64,000 nt of DNA from Cladosporium halotolerans. Its lineage: Eukaryota. The translations under genes and the position numbers were made by a program. Shown here in pieces: positions 23,853-36,501 of this stretch. Numbering within the stretch: the first letter of the stretch is position 1; the number at the start of each line of letters is the position of its first letter. The stretch covers positions 1 through 64,000 of the forward strand of contig NW_027191488.1 of the NCBI RefSeq assembly GCF_011745625.1, written 5' to 3'. The notes beneath the pieces are model-generated. The model ran no database searches. It had not been told where the DNA came from and saw nothing but the letters and a program-made list of their open reading frames with translations.

Positions 23853-26800
23853 TCAGCCACGAGTGTTGCAATGATTGACAGTGCGGCACGTCAAACGCAC
23901 TGCGCCACATGGAATTAATCAACCGGACGATCGTAGAGGCCAGACTTCCCTGGAATTGCGAGCTCAGTGGCTCGTCGTTCACTTTCTTCAGCATTAGCGT
24001 AGTTTTTCATTGCATATCCTGCTGCCTGCCCCTGATGCATCTCCTTCCCTCGTGACAACGATAGCGGCACAAGCTGCGTACATCAGTGACAACGAGTGAC
24101 CACATGAAACGAAACCCAAAGCACGATGAGACCACACGCGACCCGGCAGCGGCATCTCACTGGGTTTTGACGCGGCGCAATTACGACACTATACATCACT
24201 CCTGCATCGACAACGACCGCGTCGAGAGCGGTATGGAACAATCGATGAGCTGGCGGGCCGTGGACGAATGAAGTCCCATCAGCGACAGCCGCGGCGAGCG
24301 CCTAGCCCAGGAACGCGGAGGCGTGGCGCGTTTCACCTTCTGAGCCTGATCGAACGCTCGAGCGTCATGTTCGCTGCAGCAAACGGCTGGAGCGGGCGAC
24401 AACGGCTGCGTCGGTCGACGGCCGGGTGGGCTTTTCTTTTTCCCTCGACGTTGCTGCTACCGCTTGGCGACGTGTGGCCGACGGCGCCGACACGCGAGCA
24501 CCGGGGGCCCACGCTGTAGTATCTAGACCGCGCGTGACACGGCTCCTGGGCAGCGGCGGGTTCCGGTCCTGCTTGCTTGGCGGATGTCACGGGAAAGACT
24601 CCAATCGCGATTTCAGCTTGTGCGCGACTCGCGCTGCCACATCACGGACAATCCTTCACCGACCGGCACTCTTCACCCCTTCCAAATCACATAGTAACGC
24701 CCAAACCTTGCCCGAGACAGCGATGCAGCGAGGGTACAGTAGCGTTCCAAGATCCCCCCTCCCCCATAATGGCCGGAGACTTTACTTTCCTCCCATCGCT
24801 GGTACCTCCATCGCGAAAACCCTCGTATCGCGGCGCCCGCATGCGCAATGACACCATCGCGCCGCAAAACTGCTGCGCCAGGTGTGGCGCGTGAAGGGCG
24901 ATCGTCACCAAACGGTTTTTCCTTCTGCCAGCCCAATCCTTGTAGGGACGGTGTGCGTAAGCCACGTCGGCGGGCGCAAATCGCCGCTCGCGCGTGGGTC
25001 CAGCTCGTCAATCAACGCTTGGAGATCGTCGGCCGGGCCAGCCTTGTGCCACAGTCTGCATTTCGCGCCGCACAGCCACAGCCACAGAGCTCGCGAGCGC
25101 TGTGGCGCGTGAGGTGAGGCGAGGCGGGCGAGATCGAGATGGGCCTGCGCAGCGCATTGCATGCTGATGAACTGTATGCGTCTGCTCGAGAGGCGTGCAT
25201 TTATTCTGTAGCCTTGCGCCACAGCATCGATTACCTTGCTGATGCTGATGTGTCGTCGCGCGCCCCGATGGATGCTTCTCCGAGGGTCAAGGCGTTCGCG
25301 TACCGAGCTCGCGAAGAGTTGTCTACAGTACACTAGAGTACAGTCCTGCTACACGGCTCTGCTCGCCCGGCCGTCCGTCTCTTCGGCCGTCCGTCTCTTC
25401 TGCCGCGCGCCTGTCAGTTCGGTGTCGAAACACGACAGCCTACAGTAGAGCCTCGTCAGAGCCACTGTTGCGGAGTAGGTCAGACGCTGTAAATCTACCG
25501 CGCCCTACATCAGGTAGGTAGCAATCCGACGATTAGCGTCCAGAAAACCTCTACGGGTAGTGACATCGCGGCCCCATCTGGTGAGCCACAGCTGCGGCGT
25601 TCCAAATCAACTGTGAGGCCGGTAGCCACACTTTTTTCTTTCGTCAGTAGCGTCCGAAAAGACTCTGGGGGGTTAAAGTGACATCGCGCTCTGTGGCTCT
25701 GCGACTGAGTGACTGAATGACTTCACCCGGCGCGCTGAGCCTGAGCCCGAGCCTGAGCCTGAGTTTAAAAGTAGCGAAAGGGCAAGGTAGCGAACGAATG
25801 CGCCACGGCGAGCCGCGATTAGACGGCGCAGGCGCGGACGTCATTTCGCTTCGCTGGAAGCCTACCTACCTTCGCCCTTTCTCGCTGTTTTCCCCCCTCT
25901 CGCTATTTGGGGGATAAGGTAGGCGTGCTGCCGCCCATCATCGCCGAAAGGACGGGAATTTTTCTTTGGAACAACACGGCTCGCGGCCGTTTTTGCTCTC
26001 TTCTCGCGCCGCGCTGATCGACGGGCCTCAACGGGTACTGAGCTCTTTTAGGCGCTCCCGATTGCGCGGATGGGGAGCGCGCGAGTGGCGCAGATCGCAA
26101 AACTCTATGTTCGCTCTTTCGCTCCAACGTTCGCTCGAGCGGCTTTATTGTTTGGCTATCGGTGTCACCGTGGCTGGTGCGATGGGTGGCTGCCCCACGC
26201 GCACTACTCTTACTCTGTCTGTCTGCCGCGCCGCACGCGGCATGCCGTGCCGGGATGGAACGGGATGGCATGTCAGGATGTCTAGTGAGATACGCAGCCG
26301 TGCCAGCAGCGCCCGTGTCGGCGGCCAATATCATCGCCAGCGCCCATCGACCGTAACGCTCGCCCGCGAAAAGCGCGATCACTGCGGTCGCACGCGATCG
26401 CGTCCGCAGAGGGCAAGACAGCCGGCTTGGTTTGATTGCAGCGGCGCTGCGGGCGGGCCGGGCTGGAAATTGGCCTGCTGGGATGCGGCGGCTCAGCGAG
26501 CGCGGTTAGGTCCTGCGCGTGCGGCTCGGGGGTTTTAGGGCGTGCGCATCGCGAGCGCAGGGCTGACGCTACGGTTGCGGTTGCGGCTAATGCCTACGGG
26601 GGAGTGGAGGGGAGGGAGAGGTTCGCGACGCTGGTGCGTTGCTAGCGTGGTGGGAGATGGGAGGAGGGAGATGGGTGGACGGCCTGGACGCGGCGGCGAG
26701 GATGGACGGTCAGGTGCTGTTGGTGAGGTAGTGTGGCCGTGGCCGTGGCCGTGGCAGTTCGTCGTCATGACGCCAATGGCCAATGGCGCGGCGGTGGCAT

Positions 26801-27153
26801 GACGGCGTGGAGGGGGAGAGACGTGAGGGAGCTGAGGGAGCTGCTCCTGCTGCGCCACAGCTTGCCCGCGCCTCTGTGGCTCGCGTGCTGGGATCAGGCC
26901 TGTTCGTGCGTGGGGCCTCCTCCTCGCCCTCCCCACCGCGGGCAGCCAGACGCGGCGGATCAGCCACGGCACCCCGCAGCTGGCGCCACAGTGCACCGCC
27001 GCATGAGGCGCGAGTGGGGCGCGCACCGCTCGCGCGGGCCAATGCGGGCGCAGGGGACACGCGGCGCCGCTGCTGCTGCTCGGCGCGGCTGCAGGCTGCG
27101 CTCAGACGCTGTGCACCCCGGTCGCTGCAGCGCCGGCGGGCGGGTGTGGCGGT

Positions 27154-27208
27154 CATTAGAAGTGGCTGCTGCTCCTCCGCCGGCCATTAGAAGTGGCTGC
27201 TCCTCCGC
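27154..27208 (+). repeat. Near-perfect direct duplication in the proximal promoter/5' UTR of the CP2 gene
   Basis: CATTAGAAGTGGCTGCT(GCT)CCTCCGC at 27154-27180 and 27185-27208. Confidence 0.85.
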
Positions 27209-27363
27209 TGCGACACACGGCCACCACCTCCTCGCCGCCTTCGCCCTCGAGTTTCGTTCCACTCGCCTCGCCAGCATATCAAGACGGCCTGAGCACCCGC
27301 CTGACGCCTGCCGCCGCTCCTCCTCCACCTCCTCCATGCTCCGCTAGCCCGTCGCCGCCCAAA

Positions 27364-30205
27364 ATGTTCAGCAGGTGCGTGTTGCGCCCCGCCAGCTGGC
27401 CCGGTGCAAAGCCTCCACGGCCACACCGCGCTGCCCAGCTCAGCGAGCCCGCCCCAGCCTGCGCCGTGAGGCAGAACCACACCGCGACCACGAGCTGACA
27501 CCACCGCGCCCGCAGACGGACCTCGCACAAGCCGCCCGCCGAGTTGTTCGAGGACTTCAAGTCCAAGTTCTCCGGCCTGGGCCCGCACAATGTCTCGTCC
27601 GCCGAGATGCAGCAGCACGTCGAGCCTGCCGCGCTCGCGCCCTCCACCGAAGCGCAGGACGCCGCTGTGAGGTGAGTCCGCTACGCCATCGCGCGTCGAG
27701 CCACAGAACAGATGCGGCAGACACTGCTGCGCCCGCTCTGCAGCACCGCTGTTTCTTTCGTCGAGGGTGTTTGCTGATCGATCGACAGTTCGACCGTCGG
27801 CGCTGTTCATTCGCTCGACGCGAAAGCGATGAACCTCGACTCGCACGATGCAGAGCCCACACCTCGCCTGTCCAAGGACTGGAACTTCGGCTCGACAGGG
27901 ATGACACCGTCGCTGTTCGATCCGAATCATCCCAGCTACAACTTTGCGAATCAGTTCTCTGGCTACTACACTCCCACGCCCGGCGGCACCAACACCATCT
28001 TCCACCCTACCGCCGGCGACCTTCACACACCATCCTTCAATCTCGGCCTGGGCACGCCTCTGTCCATGCCCACATCTGAGAGCGCGATGCACGGCGGCCT
28101 GCATGCAGGTCATTCGGCCGCCTTCAACAACGCCTTCCAACCGCACATGCAGCACCACTTCCAGCAGCAGCCCCAGCCACACTTCCAGAACATGAACCCT
28201 TTCCAGCTCCATCACGTCCACGCGCAACCGCCGCCGCAAACGTTTGCGCCGCATCAGTTGACGCACCAGCCGAGTTTCGACCAGCCGCACATGGATCACT
28301 CTCCAATCGGCGACATCAGTCTTGACATAGACACGGCGCAGCACTCGCAGCATCAATCGCCGGACATGCTGATGCACCAGCAAGGATTCAGCCAGTTCAT
28401 GCCGCCGCCATCATTCCACCCGGATGGTGAAAAGTACGTTTCTCGTTCTCGGAACAACCAGGGGTTCATTGCTGACTTGCAACAGATTCCGATACCATGC
28501 CACCCTCAACGCGCCCACCGCCATGATCAAGCACTCCGACGAAATCCCCATCACCTACCTCAACAAAGGCCAAACCTACACTCTCAACGTCGTCGACACA
28601 CATATCCAGCAACCAATCGCTCCCCTAAGATACCGCACTTTCGTGCGCGTTTCCTTCGAAGACGAACAGCAGCGCTGCAAACCCGCCGCGTGCTGGCAGC
28701 TCTGGAAAGAAGGCCGCGGCACCAACGAAGCCCACCAACGAGGCGGCCGCCTGCAGGCCGTCGAGTTCGTCGATAACTCGCCCGCGACCGGCACCGAAGA
28801 CCCCAGCAAGCCTCGCGTCGAGCTGGAAAGCGCCTCATTCGACGGCTTCTGCGTGACTTGGACGCCTCCCGCTGGAACTTCAGAGTGCCCTATCGCCGTC
28901 CGATTCAATTTCCTCTCTACCGACTTTAGCCACTCGAAAGGCGTCAAGGGCATTCCCGTGCGCCTCTGCGCGAAGACGGAAATCATCGGCGACCTTTCTT
29001 CGAACGCGAAACCTTCGCCCGATCCCGAGGTCTGCTACTGCAAGGTCAAGCTGTTCCGCGACCACGGCGCAGAGCGCAAACTTGCCAACGATGTCGCGCA
29101 CGTCAAGAAGACGATGGAGAAGATGAACCAGCAGATCGCGCAGATCGAGGCCGGCAGTCGCGATAGCGGCAAGCGCAAGCGCAGTGGTTCGTTCGTCGCG
29201 AAGGCTGGCCTCATGGACAGGCACGGCAAGGTCCCGAAGCACAGGCGGACTTGGTCTGCGGATTCGTCCGCGCAGCCTGGTTCGCGCGGCGGTGCGGAGG
29301 ATGATTTGCAGATGAAGCTCATGACGCTGCAGGATATGTTCAGCTCGACGAGGCCGGCTTCCGTTCTCTACTTGCGCGGTGCGGAGCAGGATGATCCTGA
29401 TCTCCACCCGGTCAATATTCCCGGCGAGAGCGAGCAGGTCAAGGCGGAGTCGGTCGACAACGCTACCTGGGAGAAGCAGAGCACCAGCAACGGCGACGCC
29501 CTCTCTCTCGTCTCCCCAACCCCCAGCAACAAATCCTACAGCGAAGGCCGCCGCGACTCCACCCTCCAGCAACCCACCCCCTACGCCGGCGTCTCCCGCG
29601 CCAACTCCGGCGACTGGCGCTCGCAACCGCAAAACGCCCTCGGCGACCTCAAATCCCCCAACCAACACCAAACCCAACACCAACTCGCCAGCCCCCCCGA
29701 CAACCCCCAACCGACCAAAATCCAAACCCGCTCCCCCAACTCCGGCGCCGTCTCCGGCTGGGTCGAAGCCCTCGGCGTCGACGCCGCCTACCGCCCGCCC
29801 CCCGACCGCCCCCTCAAGCCCGCCGCCTGCCTCTACATCCAGCCCCGCGTCCCCGGCCGCCCCGCCACAGACCCCTACCACCGCGCCGTCTACCTCCCCG
29901 CCAGAACTCACAAAGACCTCGTCCACGCCGTCGCGACCAAGTGCGACCTCGCGCCCACGGACGTCGTGCGCGTCGTGCGCGTCAGCCGCGCCGGCTTGCA
30001 GGTGCTGTTCGACGACGACTGCGTGCGCGAGCTGGCCGAGGGGCAGGACATGACGGCGGAGTTTGTGGAGATCGAGGCGGGGGAGGACGATGCGAATGCG
30101 AATCCCTGGGGGGATGACGACGCGCTGGAGCTGCAGTGCGATGGCGAGCTGACGACGTTGAGGGATGTGCCGAGCGCGGGGTGGGAGTTGAGGTTGCTGT
30201 TTTGA
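27364..30205 (+). CDS. CP2/Grainyhead-like transcription factor (csp-2/GRHL family)
   Basis: Introns 27375-27515, 27672-27788 and 28434-28485. CP2 domain FRYHATLNAPTAM...PITYLNKGQTY...FNFLSTDFSHSKGVKGIPVRL...KLFRDHGAERK. Confidence 0.92.
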
Positions 30206-33200
30206 TCTCGATGTCTGCGGCGGGGCCGCGGAATGAAGGGGATGGGACGCTTTTTTTTTTCCTTAATATCCACACCACTTCACGACCGAAACGAGCCACA
30301 CGATGCACAACACACCGACCTCGCCAACGGGCTAGAGGAACACACTCGAAGCATTTTGCTCGTCTCACGCGACCGGGCGACCGACACTTCTGGGCTCTTT
30401 TACACACCTCACATCCGGCATCATCGCCAGACCGTTCCTCAAAGACGACGGAAGGTCTGCGCATCGCTAAAGACTGCTGTCCTCGTTTTTCTTTTTAATC
30501 ATCTCCTTTTGTCGAGTGTCGGGTCAGGATTGGACTGGATTGGATTGGATGATACCCACTTTCGCGCGCTTTTTTGGACTCCTTCCCTTGATACTTCTCT
30601 TCGCTATTCTCAACTTACTTCCTGGGGAGAGGACGGGTTGGATGTGGGTATGGATTATTTTGTTCTGTTTTAGGGGGTGGTAATTTAGCTAGTCAGTTGG
30701 TTGGTTGGTTGTTGGAGGTAGTCGTTTTAATATTTGTCTACTTTTCACCTTGATTCACTTCAATCATAATATCGTGAGCTCTTGAATCTATCCTCGGACT
30801 CTCCCAATTTACTACGTGTCAGGGTCCAGCCTCGTCTCACGTCCGTCGCCAGCAGAACTGACTTCCCTTTATCCGACTATATCAACAGCTACCTTACCAT
30901 CACTCGCAGATCCCACATTCCAATAGCGTCTCCCATCTCACCTACCTATTCACAGTTTCCTCCTCTCTCCTCATCCACGCATCTCATCCTCGGAATATTT
31001 TTTTTGCCCTTCTAACTTTGCGATTTTAAGGGGCTCCTGTGGCTGCTGTGGATTCTCCTGTGGGATTGTGGATGCGTTTCCCGTGCGCCACGGCTGGCGA
31101 CTGGGATGGGCGATGTACGGCGCGTAGGTACTTGGTTCACTCCCTGCAGCAGCGGCTGGCGTGTTTGTTTGTTATGGCAGGGTAAGTCGTCTGGAAGGTC
31201 TCCTTTTGTGGATCTGGTGGGGGACTTTCTGATTATGGCATTTCGGATGTTTGTCGTCGGTACAGGGACGGAATACACGCCTCCCTTTTCCCGCAGAGGA
31301 CGGGGTGAGCCTTGTTGAGTCTGCATCCAAGATCCTGGTAACTGGCACCCATGCGGTTCTTCTTACTAAATATGGCGCTCTGCTCTTGCTAATCTCGGCA
31401 TCGACTACCTTACAGGCGCCTCCTTTCTCACATCGGGAATTACTTCGACATTTTCTCCATCTCTCTCGCAAAAGCCCACTACGTACCACCTAGCCCTAAA
31501 GAATCTACCTACCTCCTACGTATGGGCTCAGCACCGAGCCTCGGCTCTCTTTCCCTTCGAGCGTCAAGTCTCATCAAGCCCCAGGCATCCTCGCCAGCCA
31601 GCCAGCCCAGCCCAGGCTTGACCGCCACACCTCCCTCCCTCCTGCATCTGCCTCGAGCCCACGTGGACTACGCTGTGACGTCGCCTTGCGTCTGCGCGGC
31701 GTCTTTGCTTTTTCGGTGCGCCGCAGACGTGCACGCCACTCCACATCAAGGTGCCGCCGTGAGCTGCCACGTCGCATCGCACAGCCACAGCGAGCTTGGG
31801 AGGGAATACGTAGGTGCCCGGCCGGGTATAACGGCGGGCGATCGACGAGCGGTACAGTATGGGCTGGGCTGGACTGGACCGGACGATCATCTGCTCGTAG
31901 ATCTGTCTGTCCACGCGCCGCTGCGTGCGCGGAGGCGTCTATTTGAAACGTGCTCCTGCGCGCCGGGCGATCCGATGTCATCGCGCATCTCAGCCCTCAC
32001 ATGCGCTGGCGACGCGATCCCGTCAATCAGTCAGTCAGTCAGTCAATCAATCACGACGAAGGCGTACGTGCCTGCGGGAGGGAACGCGGTGCGCTGTCGC
32101 TATCGCTGTGCGGCGCGATGACGTTCTCGCCTCAAAGAAACGCCCCTGCATGACGAACGCCGTCCGCCCGGTCGCTCGCTGTCAGGTAGGTAGGTATGGC
32201 GTCTGTGGCGCCGACAAGACGTGGCGCCGTGCTCTCAGCCCTGCGTCCTGCCAATGGGGTCTAGATTTCTTGGGAGCGTGCTGCTTGGAATTCTAGCCGC
32301 GCTTTCGCGCTGCTGGCTTTTTGCGATTTCTCTGGGGTGACGTGCCGTGCCGTGTCGTGACGTGACGTTGGCAGTAGCGAGATGAGATGAGGACGAGACG
32401 AGACGAGCCCTACGCCACGGTTCTTCACGGAGGCGGCGTCCGGGTGACGGGCGACGGCGCTTGTGCTACGGTTACGTGGTTAGAAGCCTCGGTTGAGCGG
32501 TATGATGTTATCTTTGGCGAGGCGTTGGTGTGGCGCTGAGGATGGATGCACGTGGTGGCGCGGGTGATGTGGCGCTTACTGGCTGTGGCGAGGTCATGTG
32601 GCGAGTGGATATGGCTGGTGAAAAGAGTTCGCGCTGCTGAGGCGTTGAGGCTGGTGAGGTGGAAAGTATAAGCGAGTGGGGCCGTTGAGGCGAGAGTTTT
32701 TGCTAAGGCATTCTCAAGGAGGCATTTTGAGGCGCTGTGGCTGGTGCGAGAAGTGTAATAAGCGACTGATGGGGCCTTTTGAGGCCTCCACGGCAGTTGC
32801 TGGTGTGGAGTTAGCTTTGCCTGCATACGGAAAGTGGTAGTTGAGAGTGACGTTCGGGGCTTTCTGCTTTGGGGCGGAAGGATTAAGGGGCGTAGACGAA
32901 TCGGCGATTTGATTTGCATCACTTAGGGAGTGAGGCGTCTATGGGCGGGAGAAGTGGTTCTGCTGTTTCGGTCGCAGGCCTGTGGCCGAAAAAGAGAGCG
33001 AGGATGGAGGGCCTTGCGCTGTAGGATGCGTGTAGTTCAGGTCGGATAGAGAATTTCTGTGAGCTTGCAGACCGCATTGGTTCGAGGCTATTGCCACAGC
33101 GTGCAATGGCTTGAGGGCCCGATGTTTCGTAATTCTCGTACTGAAGGTTAGCAGGATGAGTTGCAATTTCAAATAGTGTTCCAATGCCTGGTCAGATGTG

Positions 33201-33942
33201 AGGGCTTACAACTTCGAACAACATTACCCAAACACTGAGTGTGAGAACATCTTTGAGATTGCAATGTTCGAAATGCTTGAGGCTCAAATTCACGGAAGGC
33301 TGTTTTGACTCCGTGTAAGTGGGTGCGTTCTTGGAGTGATTTCAGTAGAATGACAAGTGACATGTAGACAGTTGTGGAAGCCTCAGGTGGAACGTCACCT
33401 GAGGCTCGCTGAACCATCGAAGATATGCCGTTAGGAAGAACAAGACTCGAGATGATGATTTGCAAGGTCTCAATTATGACTGACACCTGTGATTTCAGAT
33501 CACTCAAAAGATCTCAACTAAGCAATCATCGGACTTCGAAATTCTGTTACCTGCAATCATCGATTTGTCCAAATTTCAAGCAAAAATCTCTCCACTATTG
33601 TGTTTCTTCCTCTTCATCTCACCAGTAACTCCTCGCCAATGCCAATTTGTGCAAACCCGCTCCCAAAAAATTCAGGGGGAAGAGGAAGAAACATTCCCCT
33701 ATCCCTCTCGCCCGCACCCAAACTTGAAAACCGAACGCATCGCAGCCGGCAGCTGGGGGGAATCACATAAGAGGCTTCAATCACATTCGATCAAACACCC
33801 GAAAAGCGCCCAGTCGACAATTGACTCGCTTTCCCTTCAAATCAATTCGCTTCCGTAGATCCAACCGTTCGTTTCTCATATGTCGTCTCCAGCGCGCACT
33901 TATCGCTAATCCTTGCTCTTGCCAGAGCAGAGACCAATCGCG

Positions 33943-35472
33943 TCACGACATCCAGCCGTCCATCTGCTTCGAATCCGTCGGGATGGAGTCTTGATCTTCT
34001 TCTTCGGGGTCGACGCCGTCCACGAGCCCTGGGCCCGCTTGAAAGCTCATCCCGGCGTGCTTGTGCGCGTAGCCCCGGAGGGACAAGAGCGTGCCTCGTA
34101 CGCGCCGAGCTTCGACGAAATCAGACCGGTTGGTGGTTTGGGAGGCGGAAACGGCTTGCTCATCAAGGCTTTGGGCGAGGGAGAGTCCGAGGTCTGGATG
34201 GTGGTAAGTGGACGTTTTGCGTGGGATTCCGAAGGGACTCACCAATGTAGACGAATGCTAGTAATGATCGACTCAGGATGTTGGCGAGCGCGAGCATGGC
34301 GCAGACTTTGAGGGGGACGAGGTGGGGGAGGGGGGATTGCATGCAATCTTCGAAGAAATGCTTTGCGGCGTCTGCTGTTTGTCAGTAATCCGCACCGAGA
34401 ACGCGCAAATTGGGTGTAAACTGACCGTAAAAGAAGTCGATCAAGCCGGGCTGGATGGCGCCTCGAACGTACTGCGCTGCAACAGCAGCAATACTGCTGA
34501 GTTCGCACAATCGACTTTTGGGGATTTCATGGTCCGCCTGCACTTCGACCTCCCGAATCAACCTCTCGATTTGCGCATCGCTGTAAGCTGAGCACGATTC
34601 CGGCATCGATCGGCTTTGTAATGCCATCCCATGGCGAACGATTGGGAGATTCGTCCGAAGCATGCCCGGTACATGGTTCTGGAAGAGTTGTCGGGCAGAC
34701 GGTGTCGATTCGCTCGCTATTGATGTCCCATACATCTGGAGACCGGGACCTTGATTGAAGGAGCCTTGCATCATGGCCTGCTGGGCGAAGCTGCTGGAGC
34801 CTGATTGGCCCATTTGTTGAAGCTGCGGATCCAGCCCAGACAACGCCGGATCGATCGGGATGTCGTCGCCCATGCTGCCGTAGAAGGGAATCGGAGTGAA
34901 CGGGTTCTGCTGTATGTCGCCGAAATCACTGAGGGGTGTTCGTGATGAGTCCCATTTCGCATCGCTCGCCCCGTCCTCCGTCGAATCCATCCCATCAGGA
35001 AGCCCGTCGGCCGTGATGCTGCCTTGCTCCAATGGCGCCCTGACTTCGGGAAAGTCTTCAGCCCTGATCCGGTTCACCAACGCTGCGACTTCGTCCGGCT
35101 GGCCGTGCTTGAGTTGTGAATGTAGATCGACGAGGCTCCCGTAGTCAAGCTCCAGCTGCTCCAGTCTGCCCTTCAAGGCTGCGGTCCGCGTGATGCCCTC
35201 TTCGACATCGTATCGGCACTCGGCCCGCCGTTGCTCGCAGGCTCTGCAAGTCGGTCGCGCGCCATCGCACTGCCTTCGCTGTCAGTGACGGCCCACAGCA
35301 TTTCGGGCATGAAAAAGATTAAAGGGACACGCACTCTTGTCTTGCGTTTCCGGCAAGGCGCACATGCGCAGCTGGACCCTCAGGCGAGGCGTCTGTGAGC
35401 TGGTGTTTCCCAATCGTCTTAAGGGGCTTCACGGCTCCGCGCTTACCTGGCAATCGACCCTCGCTTAGGCAT
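33943..35472 (-). CDS. Zn(II)2Cys6 transcription factor
   Basis: Spliced cluster CAPCRKRKTR|CDGARPTCRACEQRRAEC followed by a coiled coil. Introns 35446-35372, 35334-35270, 34425-34372 (NAGNAG acceptor) and 34242-34194. Confidence 0.87.
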
Positions 35473-36501
35473 CACTTTGCGCCCATGGTACAGCGCTCAG
35501 TTGCGGTCTGTCACGCCCTGGCTCGGTGTATGCGCGCGAGGGCTGACCAATCCGTGTCGGTGATTGAAAGGAAGTGTGCGGCAGCCGGTGGGTGGTGCAG
35601 TTAGCTCGGCGCACTCCGGGATGGTAGTACGTTGCTCGTTTCGACAATGCAAGGCCTGTGTTAGGAGGCCAGAGTCAGGCCTGGGCGGATCCGATCCTTG
35701 GGGGGACTGTTGAGCAACCGCCACGCCCGAAGATGATTAAGGTAGTAAAACGACGTCGTCATCGCTGATGGTACGAGGCATCGAGATTTGCAGGGCGAGG
35801 ACACCGTCTCGTCCGTTCGGTCGTCCAATCCGTGGGCATTGGGAGCATGTACGGAGCTACCTCCTGCGGCTAGTGAGCTGCCCCGCTGCGGCGATCGGGA
35901 GACCGCGTCATGTGGCGAATATCGCCGGGTACCAACCAGGGGCCTGCTTGATAACAGCGGAGAGGGGTCCGATCACGCCTCGAGCAGGTCTGGGTGCGCA
36001 CCGGCGCGCGAATAGCACGGAGTCGAGTCCGCGGCAGCACAGGGTCGCGTCCGCCTCCGCCCGTCTCGAAGGCCAGGCGCGTCTTCCTCTTGCGCCATAC
36101 GGGCCACTGCAGCGACGGCATGCAGCGTGTGGCTGCCGTGCCTGGTCTGACTGGGCGATCGAGCCATCTCTGGGCTTACGGTGCGATTAACGCAGTATTT
36201 GTGGCAAAAAGGCGAGACCTGTGGACCTGTGCGTCTGGCGACCGGCGATCCTCGCTGCGGGAGTCAGGCTCCGGCAGCCTTCCCCGGAAACGCGTGACAA
36301 AATTGCTGGAACGGCCATGGTTGTCGTTGCAAAGGAGCAGCCTGGGACCAAGTGCGGGCGACAGCTTCTACGCCAAGCCCGATTAGGCCGTCGGACGGGA
36401 TTTGGAGAAACACGCGATAAGGTACATATTTTCACAGGCTCTATACTACAAATGATACACGGTCGGCATCAATCATGTTTCGATCACTTCGATCCATCGA
36501 T

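Noticed and set aside
24086..27347. Many overlapping Arg/Ala/Pro-rich ORFs upstream of the CP2 gene
   Set aside because: GC-rich non-coding DNA with few stops; no codon bias, splice structure or domains.
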